Below, piece by piece: positions 1 through 12,023 of a DNA stretch of 64,000 nt. The notes under the pieces are model-generated. The model had not been told where the DNA came from. It searched no databases and was given only the letters and a program-made list of their open reading frames with translations. The stretch comes from Vicugna vicugna (Eukaryota). The position numbers were made by a program, and so were the translations under genes. Numbering within the stretch: position 1 is the stretch's first letter; each line of letters begins with the position of its first letter. The DNA is taken from the NCBI GenBank assembly GCA_013265495.1, contig MU058052.1:13706-77705 (forward strand), read 5' to 3'.

Positions 1-3000
1 TGATGGTTGGTTTCATGCCAGCACATACAAATTCCAACTATAAAAAGGAAGACAAGGAATTGAGAGTGTCCTTTAATCTGACCTTCCGGATAGAGCTCCT
101 AGGCTACAATGTGCTTGTTTCACTAAGTGGTACATTTGGAGTATCTCTTCCATTTCACTCCTTGGTGTATTAGGAAATACATGTTTAAAACTTGTTAATG
201 AGGTGAAGCCCAGTAGCCAGAACAGTCATACCCACAATAATCTCTGATGTCATTTATAAAAGTAACGGCACGTTTAAAAGTGGCCATGTTGGAGTCAGGT
301 CTCACCCAATCCTGCTCACACCCGCTCAGAGGGGGACCCCTGTCTCCCTCCAGGAGAACTTAAAGACGTTCTGTTCTTCGTGTACAGAAGAGAGAAGTGA
401 CAGGCAGCGGTGTAGGCGCAGGGGTGCTGTCACCCGTGCGATGCTGCCTGCACCGTTTTATCCTCATCCTGTCCCCGATGTGGCCTTCCTCACTCACTCT
501 GTATCCTTTTATTTGTCCAATCTGTGTGAGCATCACGATCTTTCCTTTTGCTGCTGGAAGTGACGTGGGAACCCAGCTCTTCACGCGTGATGAGGGCCGG
601 GTCGCGGACTGACTGGGGCCCCGGAGCTGATGTCGTTACTGAAGGCGTGTAAGGTTCTCTCCACCCAGGAACGCGACCTGCCACACCCTTCACTCCCTCA
701 CCTGTCCCCACCTTCATCCCTGCTGAGCAGGCGGGCACTCCCGCTGCCTGGAAGGGCTGCTCTCCCCCAACACTGTCCCTTATCTCCCAGTCTTCCCAGA
801 TATTTCACCGTGCTAATTCCTCTAGACAAACCCACATCTGTTCTTCTAGTGCCACCAAAACTAAATTAAACCCTGTCTAATTGAGGTTGTGTAACATTTG
901 CAGAACATTTTTATGGAGTATTGTTTATGTTACAAAGTCAGTTCCTCCTCCAGCTTCCCATTCGTCCCCTTGCTCCATTCCCTCCTTTCCTTCCCGGGAG
1001 GCTGAGACGTGCGTTTTACTGTCAGCGCTCCTCGGGGCTTTACCTGGTCGCCCTCTGTGCTGCTGCACATGTGCACACTGTACTAGGCGTCATGTGCCAG
1101 GTTCCATAGAGCCCTTCTCTTCCCACCCCACTGAGGTCTATCTTAACCGAGAGCGTATGTTAAATTTTGTCCAAAGACTCATTACTAATCTGTAGAGACG
1201 GCCACACAGCTTTTCTCTTTTGACTTATCAACATGGAGAATTAAATATTAGATCTTTGGGTCTTAAGTAAACCAACCTTTCTAACTTGGACAAAACCCAA
1301 TTGTCCATGGTGTATTCTTCTTTTAATATGCATTTGATTTCTATTTACTAATAATTTTTCTGGATTTTGTATTATTCCAAACACCAATTTGTATTTTTCT
1401 TTCTTTAGTCAGCTTGATACTTGTGTTATTCTTTGTAAAAAAAAAAAAAAGTCAAACTTATTTTGCTTAAATTCAATAAAACCTACTTTTGAAATAATTG
1501 GAACAATACTCTTGGGCTATCTGCAGGGAGACAGGGGCTGGTGCTCCTGGGGAAGATGCGGGTCCAGTCCAGGAGAGAGCAGGGTTCTCAGAGCCTGGAA
1601 GGGCAGAGGGGCGGGGCTCTGTGATGGACCAGGATGCTCGTGCAGAATGGAACAGGGGCACGTCAGAGCAGGATCTGACCATAGACTCCTGGACGCTGAG
1701 CATTAAGCATCGCAGGCCGAGGAGCTGAGAGAGAGAGGTGGAGCCATGGGGCAAATCTCACCACGAGTCTGGGTATGAGAACACTCGTCTGTGGAGCAGA
1801 GGGGAGCCTCACCCACAGTTCCTGGAGCACCTGATTCCTGAATCCGGGTGTAACACCAAGGAAAGGATGAAGCTGTAAGAAGAAAAAACAGATGGCTTGT
1901 GGTCCTGAGAAGCCTCAAAGGTAGATATAACTTTGTTTGAAAAAACAAAGAAATGTGACTTTCCTTGAATAATATGAGCACCTGGCAAACCATGTCATTT
2001 AACAAATATAAGAATCTGGAAAACAAATTCTTTTCCTTAAAAGAGACTCAGTATTGTTTCAATCAGACCTGCCAATCACTGTCCCTGTGAGAGTTCCTAC
2101 ATATGCAGCTTTTGACTTCTTATTTCCATAAAAAAGTGTGACTTTTCTCTGGTGACAAAGTAACATTAAACATATTACAACTTGGCTGTACTCCCTGAAA
2201 AGAGGAGAGGAAATGTATTTTCATTCATCTGGGAATATCTCCACTGCCACAAGAAAGGGTGAGTCTAATTCATCAGCAACGCGTTACGACGGCTGTTGCT
2301 CTGCACAGTGGACACCTGCCAGGCTGCACCCCATCTCTCCTCGTCCCAGAAGCTGCAGGAATGTGGGTCTTCCTGGTAATGTCTCAGTAAGAGAAAAATA
2401 TCAGCATTCGTGTGCATGTCATCAGCGCACACTCCAGGTGGGGTTGGAAGATGGAGCCGGGGTGCGTGAAGGTTATTGCCTGGCTCCAGTCTGGTGCAGA
2501 GGGGGAAGTACCTGGTGGTTCCTGCACAGTGACTGTTCATACAACAATGACATCTGTTAAAACATTGAGATGAAGCTTGGGTCACATGGTTAGCATCCAG
2601 GAGGGAAAGAGGGGAGGCGGAGGGTTTGGGGGAAGGCATTTTTCCCACCTTCATCACGGGTGTGGCTCTGATGGCCCCTTGCCCACTTGATCTCAGCGGC
2701 TCTTTCCTCCACTGAGGTGACATCTCAGAGAGGTCACACATTTTGGCTCCTATAATGTCCTCCACAGTCATTTTGCCTGAGGACACAACAGAGGTCTTTG
2801 TTTCATTTTAGATTATGACGTTCTTAAACACCAGAACTACAGCGATTAGTGTAACAGACACTCACAACGACACCGAGATGTGTCAAGCATTCCTGTTTTC
2901 TAGAACTGTCTCCAGACACAGTGGAAGCCTCTCTTCCCTTCTCTGGTCCCACTCCCAGAAGATTCTTCCAGGGCCTCGCCCTTTCCACTTCTGCGTCCGT

Positions 3001-3417
3001 GCCCCTGGTGCTGCAGGCTGCTTCATACACTCCCCCGAACAGACCTCCCACGCTCCCCAGGGGTGGTGGGTGGTCGGGAGGTGAGAAGGGGCAGCAGGTC
3101 TAACCGCTGGGTCGGGAGCTGCCGTCTCGGCACCTGCCGCTCCCAGCAGCACACGGAGCTGCCAATTAAAGTCAGTTTCAGGCAGGGCCAGTGCCTCCAA
3201 TCCTAGCCTCTCAGTGACCCAGGGGCACCCCACTGCTTCTTGTGGGCACCCCCCCGCAGGGATTCACCTTTTCTAGTTTAATTGGACCACTCAGCTTTCT
3301 ATTAACCTTGTTCCAGCCATTTTGTCCAGTTCTAGAATCGTCTACCATCTTCTTTCCCAATTTTTATCCTCTTGGGTTTTTACTATTGTCTTACAGGGTT
3401 TAGTGAGAAGACATGAA

Positions 3418-3880
3418 TGTTATGGAAGGCGACTTTGTGTGCCCACCTCACCGTGAGGACAAACAAACCGAAATGTTGGAGTTTGGAGCAGAGTTTGGTT
3501 TGTTGCAGGCCAAGCAAGGAGGCCAGGGTGGCTCACACCCGAGAAAACCCCGAACTCCCGGAAGAGTTTCAGCAAAGCTTATTTAAAGGCCAGGTGAGGG
3601 AGGGGGTCGCAGGTGCATGATCTGCTCGTGCACAGTTCTCCGACTGGCTGATGTCCAGGTAATAGGGCGTCAACACTATCAACCCCCAGGCACCAGAAGG
3701 GCTGGGGGCCGCATGCTCTCGACCATCAAGTAGTTCATTTCTTTGGTGGTTTTTGGCATCTGAAAAACTCAGGAAATATGCATGAGAGACTATGATCTGC
3801 ATGTTTCAGGAGGAGCTGCCGCAGAGGACATGGGGGAGGGGTCTACTCCCAGAAGGTCCACGGGAACCTGCCTGGTTACA
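3418..3880 (-). mobile_element. Solo LTR, ERV1-type (~460 bp)
   Basis: Bounded by TG (tgttat, 3418) and CA (ggttaca, 3880). Internal sequence (aaacaaaccgaaatgttggagtttggagcagag...cagcaaagcttatttaaaggcc) resembles the reverse strand of laurasiatherian ERV1 LTRs. No clean TSD. Family assignment is from memory. Confidence 0.7.
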
Positions 3881-4589
3881 GAAACACCTGTGTTTTATCA
3901 TCCAGAGGGGTTTTCCCCATTAGCTTTGGAACAGCCCACAAGTGTACCTTCAAGTGTGTTTTCAAGGACCTATGTTGCCTGTAAGGAAAGGACCAGGTCA
4001 GACCTTCCTGTGTTTCACCATCAGAAAAAAACTGCTTCAGACAAGAAGCTGGATCGATAACGATATTATCAGTGTTGTCTGTGCAAAGGAGAACTAGGTA
4101 CTTCACATCCAAATTAGCTGAACCAGGAGGTTTCGTGTGACTATTTTCTGCCCCTTATGTGCGGCTCTGCTCTCTGACCTTGGAACAGAAGAGCGTTTCT
4201 TGTTATTTGGAAGTTCAAAATATTAGGGTATGTGACACCAAGGTGCTACAGAATAAGTAATGAAACGATCGTGAGATGATTGTTACAACGTGAGAAGGTT
4301 CATACTCATCCTGAGCAGGATTTGTTCAACATTTATTTCATCCACAGACATTGGCTGGGCACTGGGGGTGAGCTGGGCTTTGGGCTAAGATCTCAGTGTC
4401 GCCGTGTGTGTGAGACTCAGTCCCTGGGTGTTTGTCTGTTTAACCCCGTGGTGGACCATGTCCTCAATACACACAAAGTCACATCATAATGTTTAATTAA
4501 CAAATTGAAGGAAGATCAGTGGGACTCTCCACTCGATTTGACAGGTGGCTGAATTTTTAAATAGTTACTGGATACTTTGGGCTAATGCC

Positions 4590-4945
4590 CCGCGTGACTG
4601 AGTCACGTGCATGGACAGAAGACTACAGTGAGAAGGGCATTCCTCGTGAGTCTCACTTTTTCTACTTGGCGTCACATGCCGCACTTTTAACTGACTAAGA
4701 GTATGTTTAAAAGACAGGTGATGACCTCCAGGCACAAGGCGGGAGAGCAGAGGAGCACGCGTGAACCCCACGTCTGTGCGACCCCTAGATACAGTTCCCT
4801 CTGCACGACGTGCCTTGAGTTTCTAAGAACCCAGCCCTCAGGCCGGGGCCGCTGGCGTCCCTGGTCGTGGCCAGCTGCGGAAACATGAGCTCACTTTCCA
4901 AATATAGTTGAGCAGAGTAAGAGGACAGGTGGGAGCCCGAGGCCA
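4590..4945 (+). promoter_or_regulatory. PALLD: Promoter region of the PALLD long-isoform exon 1
   Basis: Lies immediately 5' of the exon-1 homolog. Contains AP-1 TGAGTCA (4599-4605), E-box CAGCTG (4872-4877), a CArG-like CCAAATATAG (4898-4907, one mismatch to CC(A/T)6GG) and locally raised CpG. Confidence 0.55.
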
Positions 4946-5089
4946 CAGTCGCCTCAGAGTGACCACGGACCGAGCAGTGTTTCATGAATAGACAAGGAAG
5001 GCCAACCTCCACTTCCCCAGAAAAGGAGAAACGCTCACCGCAAGTCCACCACCTTTCCGGAGCCTTCCGACTAACCAAGGATTGGAAAG
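4946..5089 (+). pseudogene. PALLD: PALLD non-coding exon 1 homolog (5' UTR)
   Basis: gagtgaccacggaccgagcagtgtttcatgaatagacaagg...ccccagaaaaggagaaacgctca...gactaaccaaggattggaaag closely matches my recollection of the human PALLD mRNA 5' UTR. It ends at aag|GTCTGT (GT at 5090-5091) and sits ~7 kb upstream of the PALLD coding exon on the same strand. Start is approximate. Confidence 0.7.
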
Positions 5090-6198
5090 GTCTGTGCAGT
5101 GCGTCTGTAATATACTAGCTGGCAGGGCAACATTTTTAAAACTCTTCATAAAAAACTAAAAATGTACTAGTAGTTTGCCAGAAGATGTAGCACTATTTAG
5201 AGGTCTTGATATTTCTCTTATTTGGAGAGGAAAGTAACGGGAGCTTTGTGGTCTGTCCAAAACCAGAACACGGAGGTTTTATCCGCAGGCTTTACTTCTA
5301 CCTCTGCGGTCAGAGCTGCATTATCTATTATAACCTTAAACTAAGCTGGTGCTATTAATTCCAAAAGGATTAAATGTACTGACGGAGCCAACATTTGTCA
5401 TGATTGTGTATGTGTTTTGTTTTATAGAAAATAAGAAGCAGTTAATCTGAACCCTGCCTGTACTTAAGCTAAACACTGATGGTTTAAAATGATACACTTT
5501 GGGTTTTAGTAACATTTTTCAGTTAATTACACTTTCAAAGAACTTTTTTAATCAATTGAGAGAGTAACAGGAGACATTTTAAATCATATCTATGCATAAA
5601 GTTTGCATATATTTTAAAAGATAAACTCATTAAGGGAAACTACAGCCCAGTCAAACTGAAGCACTACAGTATCATTTTGTATCACGATGCTGTAAGTTAC
5701 ACATGAAATTGTCTTGAGTCCAATAGATGAGGCTGATACAGAATGATGTCAGGCTCATGTTACACTTTAAACATTTACTAAAAATACTGATTGCCTTCTA
5801 GTATGAATAATGTGGCCCCATCCGGAGCCCGCCACCTGACGATACAACACTAACCAAGTCCTACTGCATCGTGAATGTGCAGAAATTAAATCCTCATCAC
5901 AGGATAAACAGAAGAGCCAATCTACTTTTTCCTCAAAGAAAGAATTTTTGAGCCTTAGTGATCCAGATGTTTAAAATCAGGGCCTATTTGGCAAATTATT
6001 GTTAAGAGTAGACAAGACCTAAGAGATTTATCAAGGCCACAAGTGCTCCGGGAGTAAATGTGTCTTTGTGCCTCGAGTACAAGTTAGTCTCCGTGTCCTG
6101 GCTTCCGGGACGGGTGAGGGTCTCATCTGAGGGCCCCACATCAGTTCTCCGTATGGGCTTCTGTGTGTTGCTTAAAGTGAAAACTGAGATCACAGCAG

Positions 6199-6307
6199 AT
6201 TTTCCCGTAGAGCAGGGACCTGGGCACACTGGACATTTACAGTCACTCTGATTTCCCATAGAGCAGGGACCTGGGCACACTGGACTATTACAGTCACTTT
6301 AATTTCC
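6199..6307. repeat. Tandem duplication, 2 copies of ~51 bp
   Basis: gattttcccgtagagcagggacctgggcacactggacatttacagtcactct is followed by gatttcccatagagcagggacctgggcacactggactattacagtcacttt. Confidence 0.9.
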
Positions 6308-6779
6308 TTACCTCATTTTCAGAAAAAAATGCAGAGGGTGATGTCAGTCAGGTTTCAAAGTAAGTCTGATACATTCTTAAAGAGAAGCCACCTACAGTCT
6401 CCAGGCCCCGACAAGAGCCTGCACTTGGTCGCTCAGGCATCCGGAGGCAACGGCTGTGCCCTGGGTAAATTCCAGCATGGAAAACAGAGGCTGAGCAGAG
6501 CAGCTGACTCTAAGTTTTGTTTGCTAAAGCATATGAGGGAATACAGGCACACATTTGGTGAATAGGCTTTGAATTTAGGCGAGAGATGTGAACGCCAGAG
6601 GAAGGAGAAGGGCAGAGGACACGGGTGATTCAATACAGTGGGTCAAGATGCTCCAGGAAGAGGGCACCAGAGATGACCCCAGACCCTCTCTCTGTGAGCG
6701 CTCACACGGCCGCTGCGGGCAGTAGAGGAGCTAGCTGTCATGCCTCTGAAGTTGAGATAAAATATACTGTCTGGGAGTA

Positions 6780-6990
6780 TTTACTTATTTATTTATTTGT
6801 TTTTAATTGAAGTACAGTCATTTTATAATGTTGTGTTGATTGCTGGTGTACAGCATAGTGATTCAGTTGTACACAAACACATATAGATATATTTCTTTTC
6901 CTATTCTTTTTCATTCTAGGTTACTACAAGGTACTGCATGTAGTTCCCTGTGCTGCACAGAGCACCTTGTTGTTTATTTATATATAGTAG
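6780..6990 (-). mobile_element. L1 3'-end fragment
   Basis: T-rich tail, then ttaattgaagtacagtc...ggtgtacagcatagtgattcag...gttccctgtgct, the reverse strand of a laurasiatherian/camelid L1 3' UTR. Confidence 0.85.
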
Positions 6991-7196
6991 CTTGGGGAGT
7001 ATTTAAAACTATGGAATAAATATTCTGTGCCTTCCTGTAATGACGAATTACTTAAAGATTTGGAAAGAAAGGAATCCACATGTCTCTACTGAGAAATAGA
7101 TTATAAACTGATTGTGCATTTTTTGCCTCAAACAGGGTTTAATAAATTTATCTTATTGGACTTTTGTCGTATGGGGCCCATGGTGAAAATAACTAC

Positions 7197-7347
7197 AAAA
7201 AAGAGAGAGAAAGACAAAAAAGAGAAGAGAGAAGGGGAAGGAAGGAAGGAAGGGAGGAAGGAAGGAAGGAAGGAAGGAAGGAAGGAAGGAAGGAAAAGGA
7301 GGGAGGCAGGAAGGAAGGAAAAGGAGGGAGGCAGGGAGGGAGGAAGG
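7197..7347. repeat. Purine-rich (GGAA)n microsatellite
   Basis: gaaggaaggaaggaagg... with flanking GA-rich degenerate units. Confidence 0.95.
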
Positions 7348-7849
7348 ATTAAAAAGTGATGATTAAAGAAGACAATTTAGGTGACACAAACACATGTTAT
7401 TTAACCCTATATGAAGTGTACAATCTCTTTTTGAAGAACTACGTAATGAGGTGGAAGGCAGGAAGGTTTACAGGGTAAAGGATGAGGAAAAGAAAATAAA
7501 AACTATGATTGGTGGGGGCCACAGAGTCAAAACTTGGGGTGGGACCAGCAAGGAGTAAGTAGGGAGGCCGGCGGGCACTGGCGCTGCACATCTCAGCGGA
7601 TGTACGTGTTTCTGGTCCAGGATGCCACTTACAGGGACGCAAAATCATCTACGGTTTGGTTTGCTGACATAAAAAGTTATTTCAACAGAAGGAAGAAATT
7701 AAGTCCAGGAGTGCATGTGATTCCAGAACAAGAGAAAAATAGTTTGAAAGCTTTTCCAAGTTTAATATTCATAGTTTATGTTTATTTTAAAATATTTTTA
7801 ATATCTGAATCTTTGTATCAACAGTTTTGGTAACTTTAAAATTTTTTAC

Positions 7850-8890
7850 TTTAATTTTTTATATAATTTTTAAAGATTATACTCCATTTACAGTTATTAC
7901 AAACTATTGACCCTATCCCCTGTGTTGTACCACTCATCCTTGAGGCGATCTGACTCCCAATATTTTGTACATCCCACTCCCCGTCTTCTTATTACCCCCA
8001 CACTGGTAATCTCTACTTTGTTCTCCGTATCTGTGAGTCTGCTTCTTTTTTGTCATATTCACTTGTTTGTTATATTTTTTAGATTCCACGTATAAGTGAT
8101 AGCATACAATATTTGCCTTCCTCTGTCCGATTTATTTCACTCAGCATAGTGCCCTCTAAGTCCAGCCATGTTGCTGCAAATGGCAGGATCTCATTCTTTT
8201 TTGTGGCTGAGTAGTATTCCATTTTGTATATAAACCGAATCTTCTTTTATCAGTCATCTGTTGAAGGACATTTATGTTGCTTCCATATCTTGACTATTGT
8301 AAATAGTGTTGCTATGAACATTGGGGTGCAGGTGTCTTTTCAAGTTAGAGATTTCTCTAGATATAAGTCCAGGAGTGGGATTGCTGGATCATATAGTAGT
8401 TCTGTTTTTAAACCTCTATACTGTTTTCCACAGTGGCTGCACCAATTTACATTCCCACCAACAGTGGAGGAGAGTTCCTTTTTGTCCACATCCCCACCAG
8501 CATGTATTATTTGTAGTCTTTTTGATGATGGCCATTCTGACAGGTGTGAGGTGACACCTCATTGTGGTTTTGATCAGCATTTCTCTGATGATTAGCAATG
8601 TTGAGCATATTTTCACGTGCCTATTGGCCATCTGTATGTCTTCTTTAGAAAAATGTCTGTTCAGTTCTTCTGCCCATTTTCTTAATCGGGTTGTTTGTTT
8701 TTTTGTTATTGAGCTGTATGAGCTGTTTATATATGGAGGATATTAACTCCTTACATTCAATCAGTTGTCTTTTCATTTTGTCAATTGCTTCCTTTGCTGT
8801 GCAAAAGCTTTTAAGTTTAATTAGGTCCTATTTGTTTACTTTTGCCTTTATTTCCTTTATATAGGAGACAGATCCAAAAAAATCTTTCTA
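7850..8890 (-). mobile_element. 5'-truncated L1 (ORF2 C-terminus + 3' UTR), degraded
   Basis: Minus ORF 8416-8631 ([37 protein letters not shown]...[28 protein letters not shown]) is the L1 ORF2 cysteine-rich C-terminal region. Confidence 0.95.
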
Positions 8891-9132
8891 TCAACAGCTT
8901 TTATTACTTTTTAATTAATTGTATAAATATGGAAATAAACAGGAATAAAATGCTAAATTAAATATTAAAATTACTCATAATTTCCACTTTTTTTCCCAAA
9001 GAATGTGAAAAAAGTAACAAAAGACCCCCTACCTGCCCCGCCCCCAACGCCACCTCAGACGGAATCAGCGTCCATTGCATGATGCACATTCTTCTGACCT
9101 TCCTCCAGTATTAATCTCTAACCATACATGCA

Positions 9133-9445
9133 TTTTTTTATTGAAGTATAGTCAGTTACATTGTGTCAATAGCTGGTGTACAGCATCATGTTTCAGTCAT
9201 ACGTATGCATACATATATTCCTTTTCATATTCTTTTCCATTATAGGTTATTACAAGATATTGAATATGGTTCCCTGTGCTCTACAGAAAAACTTGTCGCT
9301 TATCTATTTTATATATAGTAGTGTGTATCTAAATCTGGAACTCCCAGTTTATCCCTTCCCACCCCCTTTCCCCAGTAACCATAAGATTGTTTACTATGTC
9401 TGCGAGTCTGTTTCTGTTTTGTAGATAAGTTCATTTTTAATGGCT
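9133..9445 (-). mobile_element. L1 3'-end fragment
   Basis: ttttttattgaagtatagtcagttaca...gttccctgtgct...gtaaccataagattgtttactatgtctg, the same L1 3' UTR family as other copies in the window. Confidence 0.9.
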
Positions 9446-9840
9446 AGTGTAATGTTACTGCCCCTGTCTGGACTCTCAAAAGTGCCTGGCCCTTGTGGTT
9501 TGGAATATTGTGTGATCCTTGGTACCTGGCAGTCTGTTCCTAACATAAAAAGTTTTTTTCAACCATAGTAGCTCATCAATGTCTCTGCAAAGTATTCCAT
9601 AAACTATGGCAAAAGTTCTCTCCTTATCTAAATTCTGCTAATAAATACCCATAATATGCCCAATGGGAAAAGGAAACTTTGCAGCCATATGCAGGCTTCA
9701 CCCATAAGTCTACCATGTCCTGACAGTTCAACTTTGGCCAAACAATGGAATGTTTTCATGCTGTAGTTTGGGAATCAAAATAACAAGAAGAAAAATAATG
9801 TTTAGCCCATCTGTTATTCTCAGGCTCAAATGATTCACTG

Positions 9841-9901
9841 CAGATCTCCCCAGACTTATGGTGAGGTTACGTCCCTGCAGACCCATCATAAACTGAAAAT
9901 G
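9841..9901 (+). mobile_element. TcMar-Tigger (MER47/Tigger5-like) DNA transposon terminal fragment
   Basis: cagatctccccagacttatggtgaggttacgtccc...cccatcataaactgaaaat resembles the recalled Tigger5/MER47 terminus. Confidence 0.5.
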
Positions 9902-9919
9902 CCAGGGCTGCGGGTGACG

Positions 9920-10167
9920 CTGATAAATTGGAGGTTTGGGATTAGCAGATACACACTACTGTATATAAAATAGATGAACAACACAAGGACCTACTGATAG
10001 CACAGGGAACTAGAGTCAATTTCTTGTAATAACATATAATGGAAAAGAATCTAAAGAGAAAAAATATGTATGTAAGTATACATATACCTGAATTGCTTTG
10101 CTGTACACCTAACATTGTAAATCAACTGTACTTCAATAAAAAATAAAATAAAAAAATAATTTAAAAA
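9920..10167 (+). mobile_element. L1 3'-end fragment with polyA tail
   Basis: gataaattggaggtttgggattagcagatacacactact...aacattgtaaatcaactgtacttcaataaa followed by an A-rich tail. Confidence 0.9.
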
Positions 10168-10170
10168 GAT

Positions 10171-10305
10171 GGAGGGGGAAGGTAGAGCTCAGCGGTAGAG
10201 CACATGCTTAGCATGCATGAGGTCCTGGGTCTAATCACCAGTACTATCATCAAATAAATAAATAAATGAACCTAATCTGACCCCCCAAAATAACCCACCA
10301 AAAAA
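10171..10305 (+). mobile_element. tRNA-derived SINE (Vic-1-like, camelid)
   Basis: gggggaaggtagagctcagcggtagagcacatgcttagcatgcatgaggtcctgggtctaatcaccagtac has Pol III A/B-box-like tRNA head, then (AAAT)n, a C-run and an A-tail. Inserted into the preceding L1 tail. Confidence 0.85.
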
Positions 10306-11183
10306 AGTGAAATGATTTTTTTTAAAAAGGAGGAAGCTTTTTCAAAAATCAGTTTCAAAAGAAGAGTAGTATTTTGAGATGTAAGACATACGTAAAATTC
10401 AGTCTTAGTGTCTGTAAGTAAGGTTTTGTGCACACAGCCCCGCACCATCATTCAGGGCTCCTCTCTGGGTGGTTTCATGGTGCAAGAGCAGAGGTGAGGA
10501 ATTGGGGACAGTACAATCTGCAAATAGGGACCCCTGCCATCTGCTCCTTGGTGGGGAAGTCTGCCAACCCCGGGACTGGGGCACAACTGCACCTCCAGCG
10601 CCTGACGCTGAACCAGGGACCATGAACTCCCTGCTGAATTTACCACTGAAGAACGAAGGTGGATGCACGTGGCTGGACACCAGTGAAGGAAGAGAGACAA
10701 TAAGATTCCAAAAATTTCATGGAAAACTAAAATTAAGTGGCAGTGGAGTCCAAACGGACTTCATGGTTCAGGTGACATAAGCAGAGTCAGATTTACTTCA
10801 AATACTGAGAAGCTCCTTTTCTCGTTACATCCACAAAATTAGAGCTGAAATGAGGCATGCAGTGGGCAGGAGAGGGGGGCTCGGGCAGCAGACAGCCCCA
10901 TCCACTCACAACTCCAACCATGGGCATCACCCTCCTGAGTTAGGTGATGATGGGCAGTGAGATGCTTAATATTCACTCACGGGGCAAAATATCAAATTAA
11001 AATGATAAATGACAAATACAAAGTATACTTGCTATTTCTGCCAATTTACAGAGTAGAGGAAAATGATTTAAATAGTACATTTGTTCGCCTTAATGTTTCT
11101 CCCAACTTGTAGAATGATAATATTATGATAACACACACCCTTCCCCACCGAGTCATTACTACTGTGTTGGGGAGGAATTTTGT

Positions 11184-11920
11184 ATTTTTTTAATTGAAAT
11201 ATAGTTGATTTACAATGTTATGTTAGTTTCTGGTATACAGCATAGTGATTTTTCATATTCTGTTTTTCATTATAGGATATTATAAGTTATTGAATATAGT
11301 TCCCTGTGCTATACAGTAGGACCTTATTGTTTATCTATTTTATATATGTTAGAATCTGCAAATTCCAAACTCTTAATTTACCCCTCACCTCCTTCCTTTC
11401 CCTTTTGGTAACCATGAGTTTGTTTTTATGTCTGTGAGTCTGTTTTTGTTTTGTAAATAAGTTCATTTGTGTGTCATTTTTTAAGATTCCACATATAAGT
11501 GATATCATATATTTGTCTTTGTCTGGCTTACTTCACTTACTATGATAACTTCTAGGTCCATCCATGTTGCTGCAAATGGCATTATTTTATTCTTTTTTAT
11601 GGCTGAGTAGTATTCCATTGTATAAATACACCACAACTTCTTTATCCAGTCATCTGTTGATGGACCTTTAGGTTGCGTCCGTGTCTTGACTGTTGTAAGT
11701 AGTGCTGCTGTGAACATTGGGGTGCATCTATCCTTATGAATCAAGAGTTTTCCCCAGATATATGCCCAGGATATTGGGCATATGTGCCAGGGATTGCTGG
11801 ATTGTTCTAGCTTTAGTTTTTTGAGGACCCTCCGTACTGCCCTCCACGCGGCTGCACTAATCGCACTCCTGCCCACATTGGGGGCGGCTGCTCCCCACAC
11901 CCCAACCACGTTTACTGTGT
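11184..11920 (-). mobile_element. 5'-truncated L1 (ORF2 end + 3' UTR)
   Basis: Minus ORF 11505-11909 includes CTPMFTAALLT...PSTDDWIKKLWCIYTMEYYSAIKKNKIMPFAATWMDLEVIIVSEVSQ, the L1 ORF2 C-terminus. Confidence 0.95.
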
Positions 11921-12023
11921 GCTGGTCATGTTCCTAAGGCAGGCATGCCTCTATCGTCCCCAGAGCTGGTTCCAGCCCCAGCCCCCTGTGGGAAGCAGGC
12001 AGAGTGCATGAACCTCCACAAGC

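Noticed and set aside
1..2800. Possible DDX60L or WAP-domain exons on the minus strand (acceptor-like sites near 38, 2013, 2382)
   Set aside because: Translations gave no convincing match to sequences I know.
6199..6307. CRISPR-like or functional repeat array
   Set aside because: Only two adjacent copies with no spacers, in a mammalian context; a simple tandem duplication.
7114..7359. Lys/Glu/Gly/Arg-rich ORFs
   Set aside because: Translation of the GGAA microsatellite.
10171..10250. tRNA gene (also 28650-28722)
   Set aside because: tRNA-like head is followed by a SINE body and A-rich tail, with a TSD in one copy. These are SINEs.
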